In this document: positions 1 through 8,477 of the stretch, piece after piece
Layout of the letters: every line of letters begins with the position of its first letter
Position numbering within the stretch: position 1 is the first letter of the stretch
DNA from: a virus
Lineage: Duplodnaviria > Caudoviricetes
Reading direction: 5' to 3' (one strand)
IMG/VR virus record: IMGVR_UViG_3300026270_000021
Span: 1 to 29,115 of that record
DNA: 29,115 nucleotides
Notes under the pieces: generated by a model
Seen by the model: only the letters and a program-made list of their open reading frames with translations
Database searches by the model: none
Told to the model about the DNA's origin: nothing
Translations under genes and position numbers: made by a program

Positions 1-1
1 G

Positions 2-772
2 CGTAAAAGAATCCTTCGTGAGATCAAAAATGATGTTATTATTCCAGAAGAAAAGAAAGAAAAACTGAAAGGATATCGTCCTAAGTTCAAAGGTGCTCTT
101 AATGAATATGATAAGTTGATGCAGAAGGCAGAGAATCCTGCATCATTCAAACAAATGGATGAAACTACTTGGACTAAACAAGATAAGTACTTCAATGCAA
201 GACTTTCTCAGGAAAGAAAGAATGAAGTATTGGATCATCTTGGCACTGGAGATCATTTCTGGGAAATTCTTACTGAAACTGGAAGAAAGCGTGGTGAGAA
301 AGGATTGAAGGAAAAGTATGGAGATTTTACATTAGTTCGTAAAGAACAATTGGTAGGGGATACTTTACTATTTCTTGTTGATGAGAATGGTAAGAAAGAA
401 ACCATACTTCAGTCTGAATACAGTGATAGGATTGCTAGACAGAATGAAGAACATTTATGGGAGCAAGAAACACTCAACGCACCTAATGATCCTCTGATGA
501 AGCGTGTTAGAAGTAAACTTGCCAATCAGATTGATTATCCAGATAAACCATCTAGAATGGGATATCCTGATGGACCAACACCACAGCAAGTTGCTGGTTG
601 GCATCCAGAGTACGGTAAGAGAGCTGCTTATTATAATGGTTTAGATCCACAGAGTGCCGATGCTATGCCTGCTACAGGGGATCCTGAGACCGATCAGAAA
701 GTCGCTGCACAGAAGACACCCTTGAAACCAGTAAAGCAAGTTTATAGAAAGAAGGGTAAACCGAACTCCTGA
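2..772 (+). CDS. Hypothetical phage protein, 5'-truncated by window edge
   Basis: Frame is open from base 2 (RKRILREIKNDVIIPEE...) through TGA at 770-772; charged, Pro/Gly-rich C-terminal part with YYNGLDPQSADAMPATGDPE motif; no recognised family. Confidence 0.75.
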   Translation, partial: RKRILREIKNDVIIPEEKKEKLKGYRPKFKGALNEYDKLMQKAENPASFKQMDETTWTKQDKYFNARLSQERKNEVLDHLGTGDHFWEILTETGRKRGEKGLKEKYGDFTLVRKEQLVGDTLLFLVDENGKKETILQSEYSDRIARQNEEHLWEQETLNAPNDPLMKRVRSKLANQIDYPDKPSRMGYPDGPTPQQVAGWHPEYGKRAAYYNGLDPQSADAMPATGDPETDQKVAAQKTPLKPVKQVYRKKGKPNS

Positions 773-787
773 TTTTTAAAAGTTTGA

Positions 788-795
788 TATAAATA
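788..795 (+). promoter_or_regulatory. T4-type late promoter (gp55-dependent) for hsp20
   Basis: Exact TATAAATA in intergenic region, about 60 nt upstream of hsp20 ATG. Confidence 0.8.
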
Positions 796-796
796 C

Positions 797-856
797 GTGT
801 GATTGCCTTCGGGGATCATACAATCTAATCTCGCTTTAAAAGGAGAAGTACAAATG
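797..856 (+). promoter_or_regulatory. Structured hsp20 5' leader: cUUCGg hairpin plus ROSE-like SD-sequestering hairpin
   Basis: Stem 797-807/812-821 with UUCG loop; second stem UCUC(G)CUU 829-836 pairs with AAGGAGA 840-846 with bulged G833. Confidence 0.65.
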
Positions 857-1288
857 GGAAACCTTGCACGTTACACTGCTGCGGATCTGCCTGCGCTTAT
901 GGAGCGCATAAATAAGAATAGCATTGGTATGGATGAATACCTTAGTAGGGTGTTTGACCTTCACGAAACAACTACTAATTATCCACCATATAATCTAGTC
1001 ACGGTTAGTAACGTAGAATCAAGACTAGAACTAGCATTGGCAGGATTCAAATCATCAGAAGTAAATGTCTACACACAAGACGGAAAACTCTTTGTCGAAG
1101 GACAAAAAGAAGATACAGAAACCAAGACGACATATGTCCACAGAGGAGTGGCTCAAAGATCTTTCACCAGATCTTGGACCCTCAGTGATGAAACGGAAGT
1201 TAGATCAGTTGAATTTGAGGATGGGTTGCTGAGTATTGTTCTGGGAAGAATTGTACCTGAACACCATCAAAGGAAAGAGTGGTTCTAA
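854..1288 (+). CDS. hsp20: Small heat shock protein (Hsp20/alpha-crystallin family)
   Basis: NYPPYNLV, LELALAGF, YVHRGVAQRSFTRSWTL, FEDGLLSI motifs; AAGGAG SD upstream of ATG 854 (preferred over TTG 803). Confidence 0.97.
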   Translation: MGNLARYTAADLPALMERINKNSIGMDEYLSRVFDLHETTTNYPPYNLVTVSNVESRLELALAGFKSSEVNVYTQDGKLFVEGQKEDTETKTTYVHRGVAQRSFTRSWTLSDETEVRSVEFEDGLLSIVLGRIVPEHHQRKEWF

Positions 1289-1318
1289 ATATAATTGAAT
1301 ATCGTCGCCGTATGGACG

Positions 1319-1359
1319 GAGGGGTAACTGGCCAAATCCAGTTGACGCCCCTCTTTTTT
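1319..1359 (+). terminator. Rho-independent terminator after hsp20 (extended stem)
   Basis: GAGGGG-TAACTGG-ccaaat-CCAGTTG-acg-CCCCTC followed by TTTTTT. Confidence 0.75.
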
Positions 1360-1370
1360 ATTGGTATAAT
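1342..1370 (+). promoter_or_regulatory. Sigma70-type early promoter for the gp43 operon
   Basis: TTGACG (1342-1347), 17 bp spacer, TATAAT (1365-1370). Confidence 0.75.
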
Positions 1371-1392
1371 ACTCTTGAAGTTAAAAAATTTC

Positions 1393-1692
1393 ATGGCTGC
1401 TAAAAAGAAAGAGTATGTCGATGTTGTTCTACCCACCTCTGGCGATGGTGTTGATTATGAGGTGATTAGTAGGAAAAAAATTGAGGATGCACACAAGAAG
1501 TATCCTGATGTAAAGTCTGATCCCTATGATGAATTTGTAGAGATCCGTAAGAAGACCTGCTATGGTAATCCAGAAGAGGTTTTTGAAACGTTTGAAACAG
1601 TAAGGTATCGTAAGTATCGTCCTGCTCCAGAATATCCTACTGAAGTTAAAGTAAAACAAGATGTTAAACAGGAAGTAACAGAAAAATCATGA
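1393..1692 (+). CDS. Hypothetical protein (99 aa)
   Basis: ATG 1393 lies downstream of the promoter; the longer 1279 start would run through the terminator; ATGA overlap with next gene. Confidence 0.75.
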   Translation: MAAKKKEYVDVVLPTSGDGVDYEVISRKKIEDAHKKYPDVKSDPYDEFVEIRKKTCYGNPEEVFETFETVRYRKYRPAPEYPTEVKVKQDVKQEVTEKS

Positions 1693-2027
1693 CAGTTAAA
1701 ATGATTCTCCTTAAAACAGGAGAAACCTTGATTGCAGATGCAAAAGAAGTTGTTCAAGAAGAACAAGTTCGTGGGTATATGTTGACTCAACCTCAGGTTA
1801 TTGAATCTCAGGAGAAAACTCTCCTGGTTGAGAGTGAGACTAAAAACAACAACTATGAGTTGGATGTATTCCTTAGACCTTGGATGATTCTTTCTAAATC
1901 AAAAGAATTTGTAGTCACCACAGACATTGTGGCAACTATTTGTGATCCTCTAGATAGTGTGCTGGAAATGTACAATAGTAAAATTAATCCTACACCATTA
2001 TCTGAAACGGAGGTTGTAAATGGCTGA
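1689..2027 (+). CDS. Conserved T4-like cyanophage hypothetical protein upstream of gp43
   Basis: MTVKMILLKTGETLIAD...LRPWMILS pattern; translationally coupled to neighbours. Confidence 0.85.
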   Translation: MTVKMILLKTGETLIADAKEVVQEEQVRGYMLTQPQVIESQEKTLLVESETKNNNYELDVFLRPWMILSKSKEFVVTTDIVATICDPLDSVLEMYNSKINPTPLSETEVVNG

Positions 2028-2277
2028 GAATATTAAGTGTCTCTTAGTAGATATTGACAATGTTTTAATCAGCGAAGTTGAGGAGGTTCCATCAGAAATT
2101 GGAGATCCTGACTGCAAGTTAATTAGACCATATAGATTTCATCCAAATAAAGAAATGGAACCTTGGGTAAAGGCTTCCAATCAAACAGAATATATGATAA
2201 GATCTAGTGACATTATGACTATGGCGGATCCAACTCCAGAAGTTGTTGAAGCTTACTTGAAACTTACTTCAGAATGA
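2020..2277 (+). CDS. Conserved hypothetical protein, probable distant paralog of 1689-2027
   Basis: Similar pattern (IKCLLV...LISEVEEV...PW...IMTMADPTPEVVEAY); ATGA overlap with gp43. Confidence 0.85.
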   Translation: MAENIKCLLVDIDNVLISEVEEVPSEIGDPDCKLIRPYRFHPNKEMEPWVKASNQTEYMIRSSDIMTMADPTPEVVEAYLKLTSE

Positions 2278-4775
2278 GATTTTACACGAACGTCCAAATG
2301 GTCGGGGATCACTTCTTGGTCCGTGGTTATGAAAATGGTAAACATTTCATGACACGGGAGAAGTTTTACCCGACTCTTTTTGTTGAATCGAAAGGAAAAA
2401 CCAAATACAAAACCCTTGAGGGCGATTATGTTCAATCAGTTGAACCTGGAACTGTTCGTGAGTGCCGTGATTTTATCAAACGATATGATGGTGTAGACAA
2501 CTTCAAAATTTACGGAAATGATAGATACATCTATCAATATATTTCTGAGAAGTATCCTGAAGAAGAAATCAAGTTTGATACTTCTAAAATTAAAATCTCT
2601 ACGATTGATATTGAGGTCAAATCGGAAAATGGATTCCCTGATGTTGAGTCTGCTGCAGAGGAAGTACTCCTCATTACGGTGCAAGACTACACTACCAAAC
2701 AGATTTACACCTGGGGTCAAGGATCCTTCAATAACAAGCAGCAGAATGTCACCTATAAAAGTTTCAGGACTGAGTATGAACTTCTGAATGACTTTATTAA
2801 CTGGTGGATGATTGAGGAGAATACTCCTGAAGTACTTACTGGTTGGAATAGTGAACTATATGATATGCCGTACCTGGTGCGTCGTATTGATAGGATTCTT
2901 GGTGAGAAATTGATGAAGCGTATCTCACCTTGGGGTCTTGTCACAGAGAAAGAGACCATTATTATGGGTCGTAAACATATTTCTTATGATGTTGGAGGTA
3001 TCACACAACTTGATTACCTAAATCTTTATAAGAAGTTTACGTACAAAGCACAAGAGTCTTATCGTCTGGACTACATTGCTAGTGTAGAACTTGGACAAAA
3101 GAAACTTGATCACTCTGAGTTCGATACGTTCAAAGACTTCTATACAAACGGATGGCAGAAGTTTGTAGAATACAACATCATTGACGTGGAACTTGTTGAC
3201 CGTCTGGAAGACAAGATGAAACTGATTGAACTGGCAATCGTTATGGCATATGATGCTAAGGCAAACTATGCTGATGTGTTTTCACAAGTTCGTATGTGGG
3301 ACACAATTATCTACAACTATTTGAAGAAGAGGAATATTGTTATTCCTCCAATTGTCCGTTCAGACAAAGACTCCAAATATGCAGGTGCATATGTCAAGGA
3401 ACCGATTCCGGGAAAGTATGATTGGGTTGTGTCTTTTGACCTTAATTCTCTCTACCCTCATCTCATTATGCAGTACAACATCTCTCCAGAGACCCTCCTG
3501 GATGAGAGACACCCAACGGCTACAGTTGATAAGATCCTTAATGAGGAGATAAACTTTGAACTGTATAAGGGCAATGCTGTTTGTCCTAATGGTTCAATGT
3601 ATCGGAAAGATGTTCGTGGATTCTTGCCAGAACTGATGGATAAGATCTACAAGGATCGAACCATCTTCAAGAAAAAGATGCTTCAAGCAAAACAAGAGTA
3701 TGAAAAAACACCAACCAAAGCACTTGAAAAAGAAATCGCCAGGTGCAACAATATTCAGATGGCTCGTAAGATTCAGCTCAACTCTGCCTATGGTGCGATT
3801 GGTAATCAATACTTCCGCTATTATAAACTAGCAAACGCGGAAGCAATTACCCTTTCTGGGCAGGTATCAATCCGCTGGATTGAGAATAGAATGAATAAGT
3901 ACCTTAACAAGGTGTTGAAAACTGAGGATGAAGATTATGTTATTGCTTCTGATACCGATTCCATTTATCTTAATATGGGTCCTTTGGTTGAAAGTGTATA
4001 CAAGACAAGAGAGAAAACTACTGAAGGCATTGTCGCGTTCCTTAATAAGGTCTGTGAGGTGGAACTTGAAAAGTATATTGATCGTTGCTACCAAGAACTG
4101 GCCGACTACGTAAACGCTTATGATCAAAAGATGTTTATGAAGCGTGAGAATATTGCTGAACGTGGTATCTGGACTGCGAAGAAGCGATACATTCTCAACG
4201 TATGGGACAGTGAAGGTGTTCGTTATGATGAACCTAAACTGAAGATGATGGGTATTGAGGCAGTCAAATCCTCTACTCCCGCACCTTGTCGTACAATGAT
4301 TAAAGAGGGACTTAAACTGATGATGAATGGCACCGAAGAGGATGTCATTGAGTTTATTGATAAGTGTCGTGCAGATTTTAAGAAACTTCCTCCTGAAGAA
4401 ATTGCTTTTCCCAGATCTGTTTCAGATGTGGTAAAATACCGTTCCAACTCTCACATCTATGCAAAGGGAACTCCGATTCACTGTCGGGGTGCTCTTCTCT
4501 TCAATCATTACATTAAGGAGAAGAAACTAACGAATAAATATTCACTCATCAATAACGGGGAAAAAATCAAATTCCTGTATTTGAAGAAACCCAATATTAT
4601 TCGGGAGAATGTTATCTCATTCATCCAGGATTTTCCACGCGAACTTAACCTTGACAAATACATTGATTATGATCTACAATTTGAAAAGAGTTTTGTCGAA
4701 CCTTTGAAATCAATCCTAGATGCAATTGGTTGGAATGTAGAAAAAACTGTAAACCTAGAACTATTTTTTTCCTAA
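2274..4775 (+). CDS. gp43: Family B DNA polymerase (T4 gp43)
   Basis: Exonuclease motifs DIE, GWNSELYD, YNIIDV; polymerase motifs SFDLNSLYPH, KIQLNSAYG, SDTDS, KKRY; 833 aa. Confidence 0.99.
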   Translation: MRFYTNVQMVGDHFLVRGYENGKHFMTREKFYPTLFVESKGKTKYKTLEGDYVQSVEPGTVRECRDFIKRYDGVDNFKIYGNDRYIYQYISEKYPEEEIKFDTSKIKISTIDIEVKSENGFPDVESAAEEVLLITVQDYTTKQIYTWGQGSFNNKQQNVTYKSFRTEYELLNDFINWWMIEENTPEVLTGWNSELYDMPYLVRRIDRILGEKLMKRISPWGLVTEKETIIMGRKHISYDVGGITQLDYLNLYKKFTYKAQESYRLDYIASVELGQKKLDHSEFDTFKDFYTNGWQKFVEYNIIDVELVDRLEDKMKLIELAIVMAYDAKANYADVFSQVRMWDTIIYNYLKKRNIVIPPIVRSDKDSKYAGAYVKEPIPGKYDWVVSFDLNSLYPHLIMQYNISPETLLDERHPTATVDKILNEEINFELYKGNAVCPNGSMYRKDVRGFLPELMDKIYKDRTIFKKKMLQAKQEYEKTPTKALEKEIARCNNIQMARKIQLNSAYGAIGNQYFRYYKLANAEAITLSGQVSIRWIENRMNKYLNKVLKTEDEDYVIASDTDSIYLNMGPLVESVYKTREKTTEGIVAFLNKVCEVELEKYIDRCYQELADYVNAYDQKMFMKRENIAERGIWTAKKRYILNVWDSEGVRYDEPKLKMMGIEAVKSSTPAPCRTMIKEGLKLMMNGTEEDVIEFIDKCRADFKKLPPEEIAFPRSVSDVVKYRSNSHIYAKGTPIHCRGALLFNHYIKEKKLTNKYSLINNGEKIKFLYLKKPNIIRENVISFIQDFPRELNLDKYIDYDLQFEKSFVEPLKSILDAIGWNVEKTVNLELFFS

Positions 4776-4945
4776 TGGAATTGCCTATTACAGACAAAGA
4801 ACTTGCTACAATTGTGAGTGCTCTCCTTCTTGGTGGAGATACGTCTCTATATCAAAAACTCAAAAAGATTAAGGATATTCGCGATGCTAACCCTGGCGGA
4901 CCTTACAAAAAAATTGCCCGTGAAGAATTTGGATTTGTATTATGA
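4775..4945 (+). CDS. Small hypothetical protein (56 aa)
   Basis: ATG overlaps gp43 stop (TAATG); MELPITDKELATIVSALLLGGD... Confidence 0.7.
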   Translation: MELPITDKELATIVSALLLGGDTSLYQKLKKIKDIRDANPGGPYKKIAREEFGFVL

Positions 4946-5061
4946 TTAAGGTTAAGTATCAACTTAAAGAACATTCAGATGTAAAACTTTTTAAGTTCTT
5001 TAAGACCAAAGAACAGGTTGAAAGTTTTAAATCTCAAAACCAACATTATATTTTTGAGTGA
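4942..5061 (+). CDS. Small hypothetical protein (39 aa), not in ORF track
   Basis: ATGA overlap; MIKVKYQLKEHSDVKLFKFFKTKEQVESFKSQNQHYIFE*, fills the gap to uvsX. Confidence 0.6.
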   Translation: MIKVKYQLKEHSDVKLFKFFKTKEQVESFKSQNQHYIFE

Positions 5062-5064
5062 CTT

Positions 5065-6072
5065 ATGGATTTTTTAAAAGAAATTGTAAAAGAGATCGGA
5101 GATGACTACACCAAACTCGCATCCGATATTGATGATACTGAAAAATATGTGGACACAGGTTCGTACATTTTTAACGCATTGGTATCAGGTAGTATATTTG
5201 GTGGTGTATCTGGGAATAAGATTACTGCCATTGCTGGGGAGTCTAGCACTGGCAAAACTTTCTTCTCTCTCGCAGTTGTCAAAAATTTCCTTGATTCTAA
5301 CCCTGATGGGTATTGCCTATATTTTGACACTGAAGCGGCTGTTAATAAGAGTCTACTTGCAAGTAGAGGGATTGACCTTGCCAGGTTGGTTGTCATAAAT
5401 GTTGTTACTGTTGAGGAGTTCCGTCAAAAGGCACTGAAAGCAGTTGATCTTTACCTAAAAAAACCTGAAGACGAACGCAAACCCTGTATGTTTGTGTTAG
5501 ACTCTCTTGGTATGCTTTCCACTGAGAAAGAGATCACTGATACGCTAAACGAAAAGCAAGTTCGGGATATGACTAAATCCCAACTTATCAAAGGAGCGTT
5601 CAGGATGTTGACACTCAAACTAGGACAGGCTAACATTCCATTGATCGTCACCAACCACACTTATGATGTCATCGGTTCTTACGTCCCTACTAAAGAGATG
5701 GGTGGAGGTTCTGGACTCAAGTACGCCGCCTCCACCATTATCCACCTCTCAAAGAAAAAAGAGAAAGATGGAACAGAAGTTATCGGAAATCTTATCAAGG
5801 CAAAGACTGCTAAGTCGCGTTTAAGCAAGGAGAACAAAGATGTTACGGTGCGCCTTTATTACGATGAGCGTGGTCTTGATCGATATTACGGTCTTCTTGA
5901 ACTCGGTGAGATTGGCGGACTTTGGAAGAACGTTGCTGGTAGATATGAAATAGATGGGAAAAAGGTTTATGCGAAAGCGATTCTGAAAGACCCTGATCAA
6001 TATTTCACCCCTGAGGTGATGGAACAACTTGACACTATTGCAAAACAAACCTATTCCTATGGAGCGAATTGA
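5065..6072 (+). CDS. uvsX: RecA-like recombinase UvsX
   Basis: Walker A AGESSTGKT, YFDTEAA, VLDSLGML, MGGGSGLKYAAS. Confidence 0.98.
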   Translation: MDFLKEIVKEIGDDYTKLASDIDDTEKYVDTGSYIFNALVSGSIFGGVSGNKITAIAGESSTGKTFFSLAVVKNFLDSNPDGYCLYFDTEAAVNKSLLASRGIDLARLVVINVVTVEEFRQKALKAVDLYLKKPEDERKPCMFVLDSLGMLSTEKEITDTLNEKQVRDMTKSQLIKGAFRMLTLKLGQANIPLIVTNHTYDVIGSYVPTKEMGGGSGLKYAASTIIHLSKKKEKDGTEVIGNLIKAKTAKSRLSKENKDVTVRLYYDERGLDRYYGLLELGEIGGLWKNVAGRYEIDGKKVYAKAILKDPDQYFTPEVMEQLDTIAKQTYSYGAN

Positions 6073-7438
6073 GACAACTATTCTGCGAAACCTTGTTTTC
6101 AATGAAGAGTACTCTCGCAAAGTAATTCCGTTTATTCAACCTGATTATTTTGAACAGAGAACCGAAAAGATTATCTTTGAGGAGATTACTCAGTTTATTG
6201 TGAAATATGGCAATGCTATCACTACAGAAGCACTTGCTATTGAATTAGAAAATCGTACTGACCTTTCTGAGATAGAGGTCAAGGAAACCCGTGAGATCAC
6301 TTCATCTCTTACGGATGCTCCTGCTGATAATCAATGGTTGGAAGATACTACTGAGAAGTGGTGTCGTGACCGTGCGATCTATCTCGCTCTTATGGAATCT
6401 ATCAGTATCGCTGATGGTGGAGATAAAGAAAAGAACCGTGATGCTATTCCTTCAATCTTGTCGGATGCACTTGCGGTTTCTTTTGACAATCATATTGGAC
6501 ACAACTACTTAGAAGACTACAAGGAAAGATATGAGTCATATCATAGGAAAGAGGATCGTATCCCGTTTGATCTTGATTATTTCAACAAGATTACGAAAGG
6601 TGGTCTTCCAAACAAGACTCTTAACATCGCTCTTGCTGGGACAGGTGTCGGTAAGTCTTTGTTCATGTGCCATATGGCTAGCTCCGTTCTCCTTAGTGGA
6701 AGTAACGTACTTTACATTACAATGGAGATGTCAGAGGAGAAGATTGCTGAACGTATTGATGCAAACCTTCTGAATGTGCCTATTCAAGATCTCGCAGATC
6801 TTCCTAGAACTTCGTTTGAAAACAAAGTTACTAACTTAAGTAAAAAAACACAAGGTCAACTTATAATTAAAGAGTATCCAACTGCGAGTGCTCATAGTGG
6901 ACACTTTAAGGCACTTCTTAATGAACTTGCACTTAAGAAGTCTTTCAAACCTGATATTATATTCGTGGATTATCTCAACATTTGCGCCTCGTCGCGTTAC
7001 AAAGGATCTGCCAATATTAATTCCTATACTCTTGTTAAGTCGATTGCAGAAGAACTTAGAGGATTGGCTGTCGAAGCCGAGGTCCCTATCGTATCTGCCA
7101 CCCAGACCACTCGTAGCGGTTATGGTAGCTCTGATGTTGACCTTACTGACACTAGTGAATCCTTTGGTCTCCCTGCTACTGCTGATCTTATGTTTGCCCT
7201 TATTTCCACGGAAGAATTGGAACAGTTGGGACAAATTATGGTGAAGCAGTTGAAGAACCGCTACAACGATCTTTCTGTCTTTAAGAGATTTGTTGTTGGT
7301 ATTGATCGTGCAAAAATGCGTCTGTACGATTGTGAGCAGACTGCACAAGAAGATATACTTGACTCTGGGCAAGAAGAGGAGTATAATTATGAAGACGAAA
7401 AGAAACCTAAAAAATCATTCGACGGATTTAAATTCTAA
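6059..7438 (+). CDS. gp41: DnaB-like replicative helicase (T4 gp41)
   Basis: Walker A AGTGVGKS, YITMEMSEE, IFVDYLNI, SATQTTR, KQLKNRY; start MERIETTIL at 6059. Confidence 0.98.
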   Translation: MERIETTILRNLVFNEEYSRKVIPFIQPDYFEQRTEKIIFEEITQFIVKYGNAITTEALAIELENRTDLSEIEVKETREITSSLTDAPADNQWLEDTTEKWCRDRAIYLALMESISIADGGDKEKNRDAIPSILSDALAVSFDNHIGHNYLEDYKERYESYHRKEDRIPFDLDYFNKITKGGLPNKTLNIALAGTGVGKSLFMCHMASSVLLSGSNVLYITMEMSEEKIAERIDANLLNVPIQDLADLPRTSFENKVTNLSKKTQGQLIIKEYPTASAHSGHFKALLNELALKKSFKPDIIFVDYLNICASSRYKGSANINSYTLVKSIAEELRGLAVEAEVPIVSATQTTRSGYGSSDVDLTDTSESFGLPATADLMFALISTEELEQLGQIMVKQLKNRYNDLSVFKRFVVGIDRAKMRLYDCEQTAQEDILDSGQEEEYNYEDEKKPKKSFDGFKF

Positions 7439-7848
7439 TGAGTAAGCAAGTTGATTTTGAAAAGTATCAGAAGTTTGTTGATGCTGTTACTTCAGACCAA
7501 TCTACAGATTTTGTTGCCCTTGCAGATCGTTTAGTAGAACTAGACGAAAAGGGTGCAAACATTGAGCGACTTCTGACTGCTGGTGTTGGTATCAATGCTG
7601 AGGGTGGTGAGTTTCTTGAAATTATCAAGAAGGTTATCTTCCAAGGCAAACCTTGGGATGAAGCAAACAAAGAACACCTATTCATTGAACTTGGTGATCT
7701 GATGTGGTATGTTGCTCAAGCGTGTATGGCACTTGGATATTCTTTGGATGAAGTCGTTGCTCGCAATGTCAAGAAACTTGAGAAGCGTTATCCTGGTGGA
7801 CAGTTTGATGTTTACTATTCCGAGAATCGTGAAGTTGATGATCTCTAA
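7438..7848 (+). CDS. mazG: MazG-like nucleotide pyrophosphohydrolase
   Basis: AEGGEFLEIIKK and ELGDLMWY motifs, NVKKLEKRYP; canonical position after gp41. Confidence 0.95.
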   Translation: MSKQVDFEKYQKFVDAVTSDQSTDFVALADRLVELDEKGANIERLLTAGVGINAEGGEFLEIIKKVIFQGKPWDEANKEHLFIELGDLMWYVAQACMALGYSLDEVVARNVKKLEKRYPGGQFDVYYSENREVDDL

Positions 7849-7856
7849 ACAAACTA

Positions 7857-8198
7857 ATGAAAAAACTAATCCATAAGTATGTAAAACTGGCAGCAAAGAT
7901 TCCTGAAAGGCATTATTGGCCAATCTTCATCTTTCTCTCACTTTACTTTGTTGTTCCTTATAGTGAATTTGTAATCACTATTTTTGCACTTGGTTACTTT
8001 AAGTTTGAACAGACATATCGTAAACTATTCACTAAAATTATTTCACCACTACCAGATGTAATTAAGTATGGTGCATCAATCATTTTCTTCTTGGTGATGT
8101 TGGATGATACTATTTTCTATGCTGCTATCATCCTTGGTGCATTGTGGACTAATAGACAAGTCAAAAAACTCAAAGTAGATAATGACGACAATTCTTAA
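7857..8198 (+). CDS. Hypothetical integral membrane protein
   Basis: 113 aa with several hydrophobic segments (WPIFIFLSLYFVV, FVITIFALGYF, ASIIFFLVML, IFYAAIILGALW). Confidence 0.75.
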   Translation: MKKLIHKYVKLAAKIPERHYWPIFIFLSLYFVVPYSEFVITIFALGYFKFEQTYRKLFTKIISPLPDVIKYGASIIFFLVMLDDTIFYAAIILGALWTNRQVKKLKVDNDDNS

Positions 8199-8373
8199 TT
8201 ATGCTACAGCATTTTGGACTGTAGTGGTAATGAATTGTATACAACCTGTTAACTGGCAATACTGCTATCGGGTTGATCAATGGTTAGTTCCTGAACTTCA
8301 CGAGGGATGGAAACTATACACTAAAGAAGTTGTCCCTTATCAAAATGAAAGGGACTTTCTTGAGGGGTTATAG
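8182..8373 (+). CDS. Small hypothetical protein; stop codon lies inside tRNA-Ala
   Basis: 63 aa, FWTVVVMNCIQPVNWQYCYRVDQWL; TAG at 8371-8373. Confidence 0.7.
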   Translation: MTTILNYATAFWTVVVMNCIQPVNWQYCYRVDQWLVPELHEGWKLYTKEVVPYQNERDFLEGL

Positions 8374-8436
8374 CTCAACTGGTAGAGCGCCGCCTTTGCA
8401 CGGCGGAGGTTTGGGGTTCGAGTCCCCATAACTCCA
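8364..8436 (+). tRNA. tRNA-Ala(UGC), CCA not encoded
   Basis: Acceptor GGGGTTA/TAACTCC with G3:U70 alanine identity pair; D arm GCTC...GAGC; anticodon arm CCGCC-TT-TGC-AC-GGCGG; T loop GGTTCGAGTCC; discriminator A. Confidence 0.98.
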
Positions 8437-8457
8437 TATTTGTGCTATAGTAGGCAC

Positions 8458-8464
8458 ATAAATA
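8458..8464 (+). promoter_or_regulatory. Late promoter for nuclease gene
   Basis: ATAAATA 13 nt upstream of ATG 8478. Confidence 0.6.
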
Positions 8465-8477
8465 ACCAGAAACACCA

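Noticed and set aside
803-853. N-terminal extension of hsp20 from TTG 803
   Set aside because: Lies in the structured leader; a strong SD precedes ATG 854
1279-1392. Extended start of the ORF ending at 1692
   Set aside because: Would translate through the terminator and promoter; ATG 1393 fits better
6836-7372. 178-aa antisense ORF and other shadow ORFs in the track (e.g. 12903-13403, 15042-15407)
   Set aside because: Opposite or overlapping well-supported genes, with no motifs or own signals; expected from codon bias
8364-8436. tRNA as prophage attachment site
   Set aside because: No integrase or duplicated tRNA 3' end in the window; context is a lytic T4-like genome
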